A stretch of DNA of 64,000 nucleotides. It comes from Longilinea sp. Lineage in GTDB: Bacteria; Chloroflexota; Anaerolineae; Anaerolineales; Anaerolineaceae. Below the pieces are notes generated by a model. The model saw only the letters and a list, made by a program, of their open reading frames with translations, ran no database searches and was not told the origin of the DNA. The stretch is from NCBI GenBank assembly GCA_017996955.1, contig JAGOFZ010000001.1, positions 6,304 through 70,303 of the forward strand. The letters are read 5' to 3'. A program made the translations under genes and the position numbers. This document shows, piece by piece, positions 36,270-46,425 of this stretch (position 1 is its first letter; every line of letters starts with the position of its first letter).

Positions 36270-36908
36270 CTACCCAAAACGCTCTTCTTCCCAAACATCT
36301 GCATCGTTGTGATAGCCAGCCTGCTCCCAGAAGCCGCGCCGGTCCTGGGTCATAAATTCCAGCCCGCGCAGCCATTTGGCGCCCTTCCAGAAATACGGCG
36401 TCATCAAATCCTCGCGCCCCGGAATAGCTCCCACAATCCCCCGCAACGGGTATCCGTGGTCGGGCGTCAGAGGTTCGCCATTGTAGTGGGTTGCCATCAA
36501 GAAATTATCTGCCAGCATCACTTCCAGCGGCAGGTTGGCGGTAAAGCCATATTCGGCGTGCTGCATCACAAACTTTGCCGTGGGCCGAGGGCAGATTAGC
36601 TTTTGCTCAATCAACGTCCGCACCGAAACACCCTCCCAATCGGTATCAAACTTGCTCCAGCGGGTCACGCAGTGAATATCCATCGTCAACCGGGTGCGCG
36701 GCAGTAGATTAAATTCTTCCCACGACCAGCGTACAGGCTCCTCAACCTCACCCCAGACGCGAAAATCCCACGTTGCCGGGTTGAAGGATGGCACTGACCC
36801 ATAATGCAACACCGGGAACTTCTGCGTCAGGGCTTGCCCCGGCGGCAGGCGCCCTTCAGAGCGTTTGTTTTCCTCTTCCTGGCGGCGGTTGATTAATCGA
36901 TTAAACAT
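36270..36908 (-). CDS. Sulfite-oxidase-fold molybdopterin-dependent oxidoreductase (small cytoplasmic type)
   Basis: LPPGQALTQKFPVLHYGSVP...WDFRVWGEV...HCVTRWS pattern of the Oxidored_molyb domain. Confidence 0.75.
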   Translation of the reverse strand: MFNRLINRRQEEENKRSEGRLPPGQALTQKFPVLHYGSVPSFNPATWDFRVWGEVEEPVRWSWEEFNLLPRTRLTMDIHCVTRWSKFDTDWEGVSVRTLIEQKLICPRPTAKFVMQHAEYGFTANLPLEVMLADNFLMATHYNGEPLTPDHGYPLRGIVGAIPGREDLMTPYFWKGAKWLRGLEFMTQDRRGFWEQAGYHNDADVWEEERFG

Positions 36909-37002
36909 CACACATCCTCCAATCGAATTCATCTATTCTTGATGATATTTGAAGGATATCATATCTTGGCTCCCCCTGCCAGCAGTTGTAAAACCTGTTG
37001 GC

Positions 37003-38877
37003 TTATGGGTACGCGGTTACCGTCACATCTGGCGGTTCGGTGGGCTCTTCAATCGGATAGCCCGCTCCCGCAGTGGCTGTTGGCCTGGGGGTGGGGGTTA
37101 CACCCGGAGTCTGGGGCTGGGTTGTGGTGGGCACAGGTGTTCGCAGCACGCCCATGGTCATCTGTGGCAGCGGCGTGCCCTGATACACCCACGAGGTCGG
37201 CGTTGGCTCAATCCCGCTCAAAACCTGGCTGATGTCACTGACATAATCCAGCGCGCCCTGGCAGGCGGGTTCCAGGTAGGGCGCCACATGCTCCCAGTCC
37301 AGCGGTTCGCCGTTGATCCAGGCCTCATTCAGTGCATGGGTCAGGCAGCCGGCTCCGGCGTTGTAATTGACCAGTGTAAATTCCCACAGATCAACATAAG
37401 TGCTGACGGTGCGCGGCTCCTGCCCGGTGATGTTGGTCACAATCCGGCCCACCTGCTCGCAGTTTGCCAGCAGTCCCTCAGAGAACACCCGCACACTGAA
37501 GTTTGCCTGAGTCAGGTCAATCCCAACCGGACAGTCAGTGCAGCTCGCGTTCACCTTGGTCACCAGTGCGCCGCGTAACATGGCATGTTCTTCTTCGGTC
37601 AGGTTGCCAAACCCCAGTTCACACCGGCTGCTGTGCAGCACCAGCGGGCAGAACTGAGCAAAGAAATCCGGGTTCCAGAGCAGCATGGTGTCGGCACCGT
37701 TCTCAGTCAATTGCCCCAGTCCGGCTTCGCGATAGGTCTTATAAATGCCCGGCCAAAGCTGGCTCTCCCGGCTGAAGATATTTTTGATTAATTGCGCCGG
37801 CACGCCAGTATCCAGCGCGGTCTGATAAATCTCCTGGTCAAACTGGTTCTGCCATTCCACCACGGTCGGGTAAGCAACGTCCACCCCGCAGGCATTCGCC
37901 ACAGTAGGCGATTGCAGCCCGCCATCCGGGCAGCCGCTGGCGTCCACTTCGCCGTTTGAAATCAACATCCCCGCCAGGAAGTAAAACGAATAACTGGAAT
38001 ACAGGTCTTCTGGCTGTGCCGGAGTATCCAACCACGGCGGCGGTCCGCCCATCTCTGGGAAGACCTGCCAGATATCCGAACAGCTAGCCAGCGGTCCGCC
38101 GCGCCATTGTGTGCTGAGTACATCAGCATACCAGCGCTGCGGGTCTGATCCACCACCATCCGGCGACATAAAATCGCCCCATGGCTGCACCCGCACCAGC
38201 GCCGTGTATTCCGGGCTGGCGTCTCCAAAACTGGATTCAGCCCAGAAAAGCGCCTCAACCCCCTGCGAACCGGTCGGCTGGAGTGGAATTTCACAGGTGC
38301 TGCCGGGGCAGCTAAATGGCTCGCCGTTAATCGTCCCGGCGATGCTGATAATTTGTTCGTTCGGCAGCGGCTCTTCGCCGGAGAGCAGCAGCGTCGGAAT
38401 GTTGGCGCAGCGCCCCTCGGCATCCATATCTTCGCATCCCGTCAGCGATATCCAGACGGTTGGCAGCGGAAGCTCGACCTCCACCGTTCGTTCACCGGGC
38501 ACAGCTTCAACGTAATGTAAATACAGCCCGCTGCACTTGCTGACGTCTTCCCCCGATTCTGCCTGAGCGCAGGGCTTGGTTGCCAGCCATTGATTGTGCA
38601 GGCTGGTTCCACAGGCAGTCAAAATTTCGTCACTGCTTGGCAAACCTTCATGCTCAATAAAGACCCGGCAGCCAATCTCGTTGTCTTTCCAGCGTACCAA
38701 CCACCACTCATGCTCTAAAAATGACAGCGTCAGCGTGGTCTTACGAACATAGGGCTCGGGCGTTTCTTCCCCATCCTCAGCGCGCACAATGGCATAGCCA
38801 TTCCCCATCAATCCCAGCATCAGGATCATGGAGAGCAGCAACACCCCCAGAATTACCCTGCGGCGCATCAAATTCAT
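37003..38877 (-). CDS. Secreted Cys-rich protein, possible transglycosylase-like segment, PT-rich C-terminus (unknown function)
   Basis: Signal peptide MNLMRRRVILGVLLLSMILMLGLMGNGYAIVRA. 624 aa. Confidence 0.55.
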   Translation of the reverse strand: MNLMRRRVILGVLLLSMILMLGLMGNGYAIVRAEDGEETPEPYVRKTTLTLSFLEHEWWLVRWKDNEIGCRVFIEHEGLPSSDEILTACGTSLHNQWLATKPCAQAESGEDVSKCSGLYLHYVEAVPGERTVEVELPLPTVWISLTGCEDMDAEGRCANIPTLLLSGEEPLPNEQIISIAGTINGEPFSCPGSTCEIPLQPTGSQGVEALFWAESSFGDASPEYTALVRVQPWGDFMSPDGGGSDPQRWYADVLSTQWRGGPLASCSDIWQVFPEMGGPPPWLDTPAQPEDLYSSYSFYFLAGMLISNGEVDASGCPDGGLQSPTVANACGVDVAYPTVVEWQNQFDQEIYQTALDTGVPAQLIKNIFSRESQLWPGIYKTYREAGLGQLTENGADTMLLWNPDFFAQFCPLVLHSSRCELGFGNLTEEEHAMLRGALVTKVNASCTDCPVGIDLTQANFSVRVFSEGLLANCEQVGRIVTNITGQEPRTVSTYVDLWEFTLVNYNAGAGCLTHALNEAWINGEPLDWEHVAPYLEPACQGALDYVSDISQVLSGIEPTPTSWVYQGTPLPQMTMGVLRTPVPTTTQPQTPGVTPTPRPTATAGAGYPIEEPTEPPDVTVTAYP

Positions 38878-38972
38878 TCTCTACAACTCATTATTATCCA
38901 GTAAAATCAATGGAACAAATTAAGTGTATCATACTTTTACAATCATTTGATGCAATAACGTATAATAGCCTT

Positions 38973-41924
38973 ATGTCATTTGAACTGCCGGTCATTCTGT
39001 TTACCGATATTGAGCACTCCACTCAAATCTGGCAAAAGTACCCGGTCGAGGCTGATGCAGCCTTTAGAACCCACGACCAGATTGTCCGCTCCGCCATCGA
39101 AAATCATGGTGGCCGGGTAATCAAACACACCGGGGATGGCTTTTTTGCCATTTTTGAATCAGGCGATCCGCTGACCTGCGCGATTGAGATTCAACAAACC
39201 CTTGCCAGCCAAAATTGGGGGCCCATTGGCGAACTGCGCGTGCGGGTGTCTTTGCATGCTGGCGCAGTCATCTCCCGCACCGATGACTTTTTCGGCCTCG
39301 AAATCAGCCGCACCGAGCGCCTGCTCAGTGCCGGTTGGGGCGGGCAGATTCTGCTCAGTCCCGATGCCGCCCAGCAGGCCCCCCTGCCCCCCGGCGCCGA
39401 ATTGATCGACATGGGAATGCACCTGCTGAAAGACCTGACCCAGCCGCAGCCCATCCTTCAACTCAATCATCCCGGTTTACCCTACCAAAAATTCCCGGCG
39501 CTGCGCTCCCTCTCTGCCCATCCCAACAACCTGCCCCCGCAGACCACGCCCTTTGTTGGCCGCGCAGCCGACCTGGCTGCTATCGGTGCCCAACTGCAAA
39601 CCCCATCCTGCCGCCTGTTGACGCTGGTCGGCTCGGGCGGCACCGGCAAAACCCGCATGGCGCTCCAGGTTGCCGCCGACTCCATTGAGCAGTTCGCTCA
39701 CGGCGTCTATTTCATCCCCCTGGCGCCGCTGGCAACTGCCGATTTAATCGCCCCGGCGATTGGCCAGGCGCTTAGTATTCCTTTTCATAACCGGGCTACA
39801 CTGGATGAGCAGGTGATCCAATACCTTGGTCAAAAACAGCTCCTGCTGGTAATGGATAATTTTGAACACCTGCTGGATGGCGCTGTCCTGGTTGATCAAC
39901 TTTTGCAGCGTTCCACCCGGTTGAAAATCCTGGCTACCTCGCGCGAGCGCTTGAACCTCCTCGGCGAACAGGTCTATCCGCTGCAGGGGATGCGTTATCC
40001 GCAGCAGCCCAATGATGCCGAGTTTGCGGAATACTCCGCCGTCAAGCTCTTTTTGCAGAGCGCACAGCGCGCCGACCCTGCTTTTGAATTAAACGCCGAT
40101 AACCGCACTGCCCTCATCCGCATTTGTGAACTGGTAGAAGGCCTGCCGCTTGGCATCGAACTGGCCTGCGGTTGGGTGCGGGTGCTCAGCCTGACAGAAA
40201 TTGCCGCCGAGATCGAAAAAAGCCTCGATTTTCTGAACACCGGCCAGCGCAACCTGCCCGAGCGGCACCGCAGCCTGCGCGGCGTCTTCGATTACTCCTG
40301 GCAGCTGCTGGACGAACCTCGCCGCCAGGCACTGCGTCGTCTTTCAGTCTTTCACAATCCGGCTGAGCGTTCTGCCGCCCAGAAAGTCGCCGGATCCACC
40401 CTGGCGGACCTTTCTGCCCTGCTGGACAAGTCTCTCTTGCGGCGCACCTCATCGGGACACTTCGACATGCATCCCTTGATCCGGCAATATGCTGGTGAAC
40501 GTTTGGCTGCCGACCCGGACGAATATCTGGACACCCGCCGGCGCCATTGTGACTGGTTTGTTTCCGCGGCCAGGGCATGGCAACCGGAACTCAGCGGCCC
40601 CGACCAGGGCGAGGTTTTTGATGCCATTGGACGGGTTCAACAGGATCTGCAGGCCGCCTGGGATTGGGCCGTGCAGCAATCTGCTTTTGATGCGCTGAAT
40701 GAACTGCTCCAGCCGCTGTTTCGTTTTTATTCCGTCCGAGCGCGGTATGCTGAAGGCCTTGCCGCGTTCTGTTCTGCGCTGAAGCGGGTGGAACAGGTTC
40801 CCAGTCAGCCGGCTCTGCGTCTCCACCTCATGAATCGAATTGCTGCTCTCCTCACGTCTCAGGAAAATTATGAAGAGGCGGAACGTCAGGCCCAGTCTGC
40901 CCTGCTGCTGGCCCGTCAGTTGGACGAGCCGGCAGAAATTGGCTTCAGTTACATTCAACTGGCCCTTGTTCATTGGATCAATGGCAGCTATCCTGAGGCT
41001 GAAGCCGCTTACAACGCGGCCATGGCAATTGCCAATCAAGCCGGAGCGCAGACGATACGTCTTGAAGCTTTAAATGGGCTGGGTAAAACAGCCTGGGCCA
41101 CCGGGCGATCCGCCCAGGCCATGGATTTTTTTGAGACGGGTTTGGCGCTGGCGCGGCAGATGAACGCCCCCCTTCAAATTGCCCACAACCTGGATTTGTT
41201 AGGTGTGGTTGCCCGGGATGCGGGAGATACGCCCCACGCGCTCCAGTGTTTTGAGGAAGCCAGTGCCATTTTACGCCAGATGCAGGCCCCTACCCGCCTG
41301 GCATATGCCCTGAATCACCTGGGCGGGGCCCAGTGGTTAAGCGGCAACCTTGAGCTTGCCGTTGTCACTCTGAATGAAGCCTTGAGCATGGCCCGTGAAA
41401 TGGGTGAGCAGCGCCTGATTGCCTATACCCTGTCTGACCTGGGTTCCATATTGGCTGATATGGACCGTACAGATGAAACCGAAATATACCAGCAGGATGC
41501 CCTGGTTATTTTTCAGCAGATTGGAGATGTCTTTGGCGAAGCGATTGTGCGCGCCTCCCTGGCCACGCACCTGGTGAAACGCGGTGAGGACCAGAATGCT
41601 GTTGGGCATATCTGTGCGGCATTAAAAATAGGCCTGGAAACTGGTATTCTTAGCCGGCTGGATGGACTGGTGGTTATCGGTGCGATGGTCCTGCGCCGGC
41701 GCGGTGCGACAGGCCAGGCCCTGCAACTGCTGGTCGCTGTACGGGATTCTGACCCGCAGCCGACACAGCAGGGAGAGGGCGACGCCGATCTTTCGCCGCT
41801 GATTGCCGAAGTCATTGCAGAGCTTGATGAGCCAGCCGCCCAGGATGCCCAACAGGCCGGGCGTTTGCTCAATCTGGAGACCGCTGCCAAGCTGTTGCAG
41901 CAGTGGTTGTGTGAAGGTCAGTAA
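38973..41924 (+). CDS. Class III adenylate/guanylate cyclase domain - STAND (NB-ARC-like) ATPase - TPR protein
   Basis: ILFTDIEHST...HTGDGFFAIF cyclase core, P-loop LVGSGGTGKTRMA, LLVMDNFEH Walker B, and C-terminal TPR-like repeats. The ATG lies 6 nt after a TATAAT (38961-38966). Confidence 0.85.
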   Translation: MSFELPVILFTDIEHSTQIWQKYPVEADAAFRTHDQIVRSAIENHGGRVIKHTGDGFFAIFESGDPLTCAIEIQQTLASQNWGPIGELRVRVSLHAGAVISRTDDFFGLEISRTERLLSAGWGGQILLSPDAAQQAPLPPGAELIDMGMHLLKDLTQPQPILQLNHPGLPYQKFPALRSLSAHPNNLPPQTTPFVGRAADLAAIGAQLQTPSCRLLTLVGSGGTGKTRMALQVAADSIEQFAHGVYFIPLAPLATADLIAPAIGQALSIPFHNRATLDEQVIQYLGQKQLLLVMDNFEHLLDGAVLVDQLLQRSTRLKILATSRERLNLLGEQVYPLQGMRYPQQPNDAEFAEYSAVKLFLQSAQRADPAFELNADNRTALIRICELVEGLPLGIELACGWVRVLSLTEIAAEIEKSLDFLNTGQRNLPERHRSLRGVFDYSWQLLDEPRRQALRRLSVFHNPAERSAAQKVAGSTLADLSALLDKSLLRRTSSGHFDMHPLIRQYAGERLAADPDEYLDTRRRHCDWFVSAARAWQPELSGPDQGEVFDAIGRVQQDLQAAWDWAVQQSAFDALNELLQPLFRFYSVRARYAEGLAAFCSALKRVEQVPSQPALRLHLMNRIAALLTSQENYEEAERQAQSALLLARQLDEPAEIGFSYIQLALVHWINGSYPEAEAAYNAAMAIANQAGAQTIRLEALNGLGKTAWATGRSAQAMDFFETGLALARQMNAPLQIAHNLDLLGVVARDAGDTPHALQCFEEASAILRQMQAPTRLAYALNHLGGAQWLSGNLELAVVTLNEALSMAREMGEQRLIAYTLSDLGSILADMDRTDETEIYQQDALVIFQQIGDVFGEAIVRASLATHLVKRGEDQNAVGHICAALKIGLETGILSRLDGLVVIGAMVLRRRGATGQALQLLVAVRDSDPQPTQQGEGDADLSPLIAEVIAELDEPAAQDAQQAGRLLNLETAAKLLQQWLCEGQ

Positions 41925-42008
41925 TCACCTGAATCTGGTGAACACTCCGAACCTCTGTCCTTCTCAGTCTTCAGCCCCGCAGAGAAATCAGAAACACCCG
42001 TAAATAAC

Positions 42009-42038
42009 CAGCCCGCCCTCAATACAAGAGGCGGGCTG
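42009..42038. terminator. Bidirectional terminator between the STAND gene and tRNA-Leu
   Basis: Stem cagcccgcc/ggcgggctg, with U-rich sequence following on both strands. Confidence 0.55.
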
Positions 42039-42052
42039 TGTTATAATTTCTG

Positions 42053-42134
42053 TGCCGAAGGTGGGAATCGAACCCACACTCCTTACGGAACACGATTTTG
42101 AGTCGTGCGCGTCTGCCAATTCCGCCACTCCGGC
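42053..42134 (-). tRNA. tRNA-Leu (anticodon CAA)
   Basis: I folded the reverse complement GCCGGAGTGGCGGAATTGGCAGACGCGCACGACTCAAAATCGTG...GTGGGTTCGATTCCCACCTTCGGCA by hand. It has a 7-bp acceptor stem, anticodon loop CTCAAAA, a long variable arm and a GTTCGATTC T-loop. No CCA is encoded. Confidence 0.9.
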
Positions 42135-42164
42135 GTAAAACCTGCAGTTCCAAACTGCCTCCCT

Positions 42165-42193
42165 AGTATATCCATCTTTTTGCGAAGGGTCAA
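42165..42193 (-). promoter_or_regulatory. Candidate promoter TTGACC-17-TATACT for tRNA-Leu
   Basis: The minus strand reads ttgacc cttcgcaaaaagatgga tatact. The -10 ends about 30 nt upstream of the tRNA 5' end. Confidence 0.45.
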
Positions 42194-42201
42194 GAGAAAC
42201 A

Positions 42202-43272
42202 ATGCGACTTGGAATTATCGGTCTCCCTCAATCAGGTAAAACCACCCTGTTCAATGCCCTTACCCGCGGCACCCAGCCCACCAGCCCGGCTTCCGGGCGG
42301 ATTGAAGTTCACACTGCGGTTGTTGATGTTCCCGACCCGCGCGTCGATCGGCTTTCAGCCATGTTCAAGCCCAAGAAAACCATCTATGCCAAAGTAACCT
42401 ATGCCGATATCGCCGGTCTCGATGGCTCTGCCGGTAAAAGCGGCATCTCGGGCGTTTTACTGAATCAACTGACCCAGATGGATGGCCTCATCCACGTGGT
42501 GCGCTGCTTTGAAGACGACATGGTGCCGCACCCTCAGGACACCATTGACCCCATCCGGGATATCGCCACCATGGACAGCGAGTTCATCCTCAATGACCTG
42601 ATCGCCGTGGAGCGTAAACTGGAACGCCTGGCCGAAGAACGCAAAAAGGGCGCCGGGCGCGATAAATCCATCATTGAGCGTGAAACCGCCCTGTTTGAAC
42701 GCTTTCAGGCGGCTTTGTCTGCCGAAACCCCGCTGCGAGATGTGGATATCACCGCTGAAGAAGAAAAAACCCTCTCCGGTTTTGGCTTTCTTAGCCGCAA
42801 ACCGATTCTCATCGTCCTCAACCTCTCCGAAGGGCAGCGCCCGCCCGAAATCCCCTACGCCCACCAGCACAGTCAAATCGTGGCGCTACAAGCCCGCCTT
42901 GAAGCCGATATTGCCCAACTGCCCCCCGATGAGGCGCAGGTTTTCCTGGCAGAATACGGCATTGAGGAACCCTCGCTCAATCGCATGATCCGCCTGTCCT
43001 ACGATCTGCTGGGATTGCAGTCCTTCTTCACCGTCGGTCCCGACGAAGTGCGGGCCTGGACAGTTCAGCGTGGCGCCACTGCCCCGGAAGCTGCTGGCGT
43101 CATCCACACCGACCTGCAAAAAGGTTTCATCCGCGCCGAGGTCGCTGCCTACGACGACCTGATCACGCTTGGCGGCCTCAACGAGGCCAAAACGCATGGC
43201 CGCCTGCGTTTGGAGGGCAAGGAATATATTGTTAAAGATGGGGATATTTTGAATATCCGCTTTAACCTCTAA
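42202..43272 (+). CDS. ychF: Redox-regulated ATPase YchF (Obg-family)
   Basis: MRLGIIGLPQSGKTTLFNALT G1 motif and a C-terminal TGS-like ...IVKDGDILNIRFN. Confidence 0.9.
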   Translation: MRLGIIGLPQSGKTTLFNALTRGTQPTSPASGRIEVHTAVVDVPDPRVDRLSAMFKPKKTIYAKVTYADIAGLDGSAGKSGISGVLLNQLTQMDGLIHVVRCFEDDMVPHPQDTIDPIRDIATMDSEFILNDLIAVERKLERLAEERKKGAGRDKSIIERETALFERFQAALSAETPLRDVDITAEEEKTLSGFGFLSRKPILIVLNLSEGQRPPEIPYAHQHSQIVALQARLEADIAQLPPDEAQVFLAEYGIEEPSLNRMIRLSYDLLGLQSFFTVGPDEVRAWTVQRGATAPEAAGVIHTDLQKGFIRAEVAAYDDLITLGGLNEAKTHGRLRLEGKEYIVKDGDILNIRFNL

Positions 43273-43281
43273 CCCTGATTC

Positions 43282-44424
43282 ATGGACACCGCAGCCCTTT
43301 CGAAGCCCATCTGGATTGATCGTCGTCAGGCCCTGGAACACCTGGCGGCTGAACTTCTTCGCCATACCCAGGTTGCCGTAGATACCGAGTCAAACAGCCT
43401 GTTTGCCTATCAAGAACAAGTCTGTCTGATTCAGTTTTCCACCCCCACTACCGACTACCTGCTTGACCCGCTGGCCCTCCCCGACCTCTCCCCTCTGGCA
43501 CCCCTGTTTGCCAATCCCGCAATTGAGAAAATCTTCCACGCAGCCGAATATGATCTCATCTGCCTCAAACGCGACTTTGATTTTACCTTTGCCAACATAT
43601 TTGATACCATGCAGGCTGCCCGCATCCTGGGCAAAACGGCCTTTGGCCTGGGCGCCATCCTGGAAGAATCTTTTGGCATCACGTTGAACAAACGCTACCA
43701 GCGGGCCAACTGGGGCGAGCGCCCTCTCTCGGCGCCCATGCTCGATTATGCCCGCATGGACACCCATTACCTCATCCCGCTCCGCGCCCGCCTGGCCGCA
43801 GAGTTGGAGACTTCTGGGCGCAAGCCCATGGCCCAGGAAGATTTTACCCGGCTCTGCGCCGTGGAGGCGGGTTTGCTTCATGAGAATGGGCAGGACTGGT
43901 GGCGTGTCTCCGGCGGGCGAGACCTTACCCCCCAGCAGGCGGCTGTTCTTCAAGCCCTGTGTGATTATCGCGACCAGCAGGCGCACAACGCCAACCTGCC
44001 TCGCTTCAAAGTCTTAAACGATGACGTTTTAATTACCCTGGCCGAAACCTGCCCGCAAACCCTGGCAGAATTGAAACCCATCCCCCACCTCGGGCCGCGC
44101 AATATTGAGAAACACGGCGTCCGGCTGCTGGCAGCCATTCAGCGCGGCCTCAAGTCGCCTCCGCTTCACCGCCCTTCTCATCCCCGCCCCGATGATGCCT
44201 ACCTGTTCCGCCTGGACTTGCTGCGCGAATGGCGCAAAGTGACTGGTCGTGAACTGGGCGTGGATTCTGATGTCATTTTGCCGCGCGATACCATGGAGCA
44301 CATCGCGCAGGCCAATCCTGCTACCCTGTCAGAATTGCAGGATCAAATGCCGCTCTTGCCCTGGCGTTTCAATCGCTTTGGCGCAGAGATCCTCCGAGTC
44401 TTACCCCCAAAGGTGAAATCATGA
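43282..44424 (+). CDS. rnd: Ribonuclease D (DEDD 3'-5' exonuclease + HRDC)
   Basis: VAVDTESNSL, HAAEYDL and the YARMDTHYL Exo I-III motifs, followed by an HRDC-like region. Confidence 0.8.
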   Translation: MDTAALSKPIWIDRRQALEHLAAELLRHTQVAVDTESNSLFAYQEQVCLIQFSTPTTDYLLDPLALPDLSPLAPLFANPAIEKIFHAAEYDLICLKRDFDFTFANIFDTMQAARILGKTAFGLGAILEESFGITLNKRYQRANWGERPLSAPMLDYARMDTHYLIPLRARLAAELETSGRKPMAQEDFTRLCAVEAGLLHENGQDWWRVSGGRDLTPQQAAVLQALCDYRDQQAHNANLPRFKVLNDDVLITLAETCPQTLAELKPIPHLGPRNIEKHGVRLLAAIQRGLKSPPLHRPSHPRPDDAYLFRLDLLREWRKVTGRELGVDSDVILPRDTMEHIAQANPATLSELQDQMPLLPWRFNRFGAEILRVLPPKVKS

Positions 44425-45815
44425 AACTGACAATCTATGGCGCTGGTCAAACGGTCACCGGTTCGCAATATTTGTTGGAAGTGAATGGTCAAACCCTGCT
44501 TTTGGAATGCGGCCTTTACCAGGGTCATCGCAGCGATACCTTCGCCAAAAACCTCAATTTTGAATTCAGCCCGCGTACGGTGGATGCTGCCATTCTCTCC
44601 CACGCCCATATTGACCATTCGGGTAACCTGCCCAACCTGGTCAAGCAGGGGTACTCGGGGCCCATCTACGTTACTCCTGCCACCGCAGGGCTTTGCGAGC
44701 TGATGCTCATGGATTCCGCCCACATCCAGGAATCCGATGTCAAGTTTGTCAACCGCAAACGTGAGCGTCGCGGTGAGCCGTTGATCGAACCGCTTTATAC
44801 CCAGGCCGATGCTGCTGAAGTTTTCCCGTTGATGGTTCCAACCCCCTACGGGCAGGAATTTGAACCCATTAACGGCGTTACCGCCCACCTGGTAGATGCA
44901 GGTCACATTTTGGGCTCTTCCGCCGTGGTACTGGATGTTCAGGAAAATGGCCGGCGCTTCCGCTTCTGGTTCTCCGGGGATATTGGCCGCCTCAACCTGC
45001 CGCTGCTCAAAGACCCCGTTCTGCCAGAACGGGTAGATTACCTGATGATGGAATGTACCTACGGCGATAAACCTCATGCCGATCCCCAGGCCGCCTATGA
45101 CGAGCTGCGCACTGTCACCCGTGCCGCCATCGAGCGCAGCGGCAAAATCATCATCCCCGCCTTCGCCGTGGGCCGCACGCAAGAACTGGTCTATTACTTC
45201 AACCAAATGATGACTGATGGCGAAATCCCCAAGGTCCCCGTCTATGTGGACAGCCCGCTGGCAGTGAACACCACCCGCGTCTTCCAGAAATACCCTGACC
45301 TGTATGACGAGGAAACCTGGCAGTTCATCCGTGAAAACCGGCATCCGGCGCTTAACTTCCCGCAGCTCACCTACACCCAGTCGGCCGACGAATCTAAAGC
45401 CCTCAACGATAAACCCGGCCCCATGATTATCATCTCGGCCTCAGGCATGGCTGAAACGGGACGTATCTTGCATCACCTCAAAAACAACATTGAGAACCCC
45501 CGCAATACCGTTCTAATCGTCGGCTGGCAGGCGCCCGATACACTGGGCCGCCGACTGGCAGAGCGCGCCCCCCTGGTCAAAATCTTCGGCGAAACCTACC
45601 AGCGCCGCGCCCAGGTGGTTACCATTGGCGGCCTCTCGGCTCATGCCGGGCAGAACATGCTGATGCAGTACGCCCGTGCATCTCAATCTCAACTTCGCAA
45701 AATCATCCTGATCCACGGCGAGCCCACCCCGGCCCTGGCCTTAATGGAAAAATTCAAAACCGAGCAACTGCCTTCGGCTGCCTATCCCGAGATTGGCGAA
45801 ACATTGGAGATTTAG
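44421..45815 (+). CDS. MBL-fold beta-CASP RNA-metabolising hydrolase (CPSF73/RNase J-like)
   Basis: SHAHIDHSG motif, a beta-CASP region and GLSAHAG. Its start overlaps the rnd stop (ATGA). Confidence 0.85.
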   Translation: MKLTIYGAGQTVTGSQYLLEVNGQTLLLECGLYQGHRSDTFAKNLNFEFSPRTVDAAILSHAHIDHSGNLPNLVKQGYSGPIYVTPATAGLCELMLMDSAHIQESDVKFVNRKRERRGEPLIEPLYTQADAAEVFPLMVPTPYGQEFEPINGVTAHLVDAGHILGSSAVVLDVQENGRRFRFWFSGDIGRLNLPLLKDPVLPERVDYLMMECTYGDKPHADPQAAYDELRTVTRAAIERSGKIIIPAFAVGRTQELVYYFNQMMTDGEIPKVPVYVDSPLAVNTTRVFQKYPDLYDEETWQFIRENRHPALNFPQLTYTQSADESKALNDKPGPMIIISASGMAETGRILHHLKNNIENPRNTVLIVGWQAPDTLGRRLAERAPLVKIFGETYQRRAQVVTIGGLSAHAGQNMLMQYARASQSQLRKIILIHGEPTPALALMEKFKTEQLPSAAYPEIGETLEI

Positions 45816-45834
45816 CCTCACTCTGTGCTATAAT
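45804..45834 (+). promoter_or_regulatory. Candidate extended -10 promoter (TGCTATAAT) for tRNA-Ser
   Basis: TGCTATAAT at 45826-45834, 13 nt upstream of the tRNA 5' end. A TTGGAG lies upstream. Confidence 0.45.
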
Positions 45835-45847
45835 ACCCCCTGCCCGT

Positions 45848-45939
<92 letters not shown>

Positions 45940-45941
45940 TC

Positions 45942-45975
45942 AAGACTTCCTTTGCAAAAAGGGAGTCTTTTTATT
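45942..45975 (+). terminator. Intrinsic terminator after tRNA-Ser
   Basis: A 9-bp stem aagacttcc/gggagtctt (one G.U) followed by ttttatt. Confidence 0.55.
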
Positions 45976-45980
45976 CACAA

Positions 45981-46020
45981 ATAAAAATCCCTGCGAAGGA
46001 TTTCTACTTTGCAGGGATTT
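45981..46020 (-). terminator. Intrinsic terminator of the minus-strand nfeD-stomatin-GNAT-SWIM gene string
   Basis: A perfect 10-bp stem aaatccctgc/gcagggattt. The minus strand continues UUUUUAUUU. Confidence 0.65.
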
Positions 46021-46048
46021 TGGGTCACTTCAAATGCTTACCGGTGCC

Positions 46049-46294
46049 TTACCCCACCGGCGGCTTCTCGGGGATCATGTTTTCCAGTACGATCTCCAGC
46101 GCCATGGTGTGGCTGCACACCTTGTGCGTCTTAAAATATGAGCAATCGCACTCCCACTGTCCGTCCGCATAGCGAATTTGATGCGGATTGTTCTCGCCAT
46201 CCATTGTCACCGTAAACGTGTGAAAATGAATGCGCTTGCGTTCCTGGGCATAGCGTTTGGCCTTTTCAACTTTGCCAATCATGCCTGAATCCAT
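46049..46294 (-). CDS. Small SWIM-type zinc-finger protein
   Basis: The CxCx(n)CxH signature is visible as C-D-C-SYFKTHKV-C-S-H. An AAGGAG lies upstream. The longer ORF to 46366 crosses a terminator hairpin and is rejected. Confidence 0.55.
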   Translation of the reverse strand: MDSGMIGKVEKAKRYAQERKRIHFHTFTVTMDGENNPHQIRYADGQWECDCSYFKTHKVCSHTMALEIVLENMIPEKPPVG

Positions 46295-46328
46295 TGGGTC
46301 TGCATCTCCTTTCAGTGAGTTAGGGGAC

Positions 46329-46354
46329 AAAAAAGCACGCGTACACACGCGTGC
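46329..46354 (-). terminator. Intrinsic terminator (or attenuator) after the GNAT gene
   Basis: A perfect 8-bp stem gcacgcgt/acgcgtgc with loop acac. A UUUUUU run follows on the minus strand. Confidence 0.55.
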
Positions 46355-46425
46355 CTGAGCCGTCAATATCCAATTTGGGGGGAGGTAAATACTCGCATCT
46401 CAATAATGATGATATACCGACTCGC

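Noticed and set aside
36951-36971. A 7-bp inverted repeat ATGATAT-N7-ATATCAT upstream of the Mo-oxidoreductase gene, considered as an operator
   Set aside because: It is short and AT-rich, lies in an AT-rich spacer, is plausible by chance, and has no second copy in the window. That is insufficient support.
42009-42201. tRNA-Leu as an integration site for a genomic island
   Set aside because: There is no integrase, no direct repeat of the tRNA 3' end and no compositional shift on either side. The neighbours are ordinary housekeeping genes.
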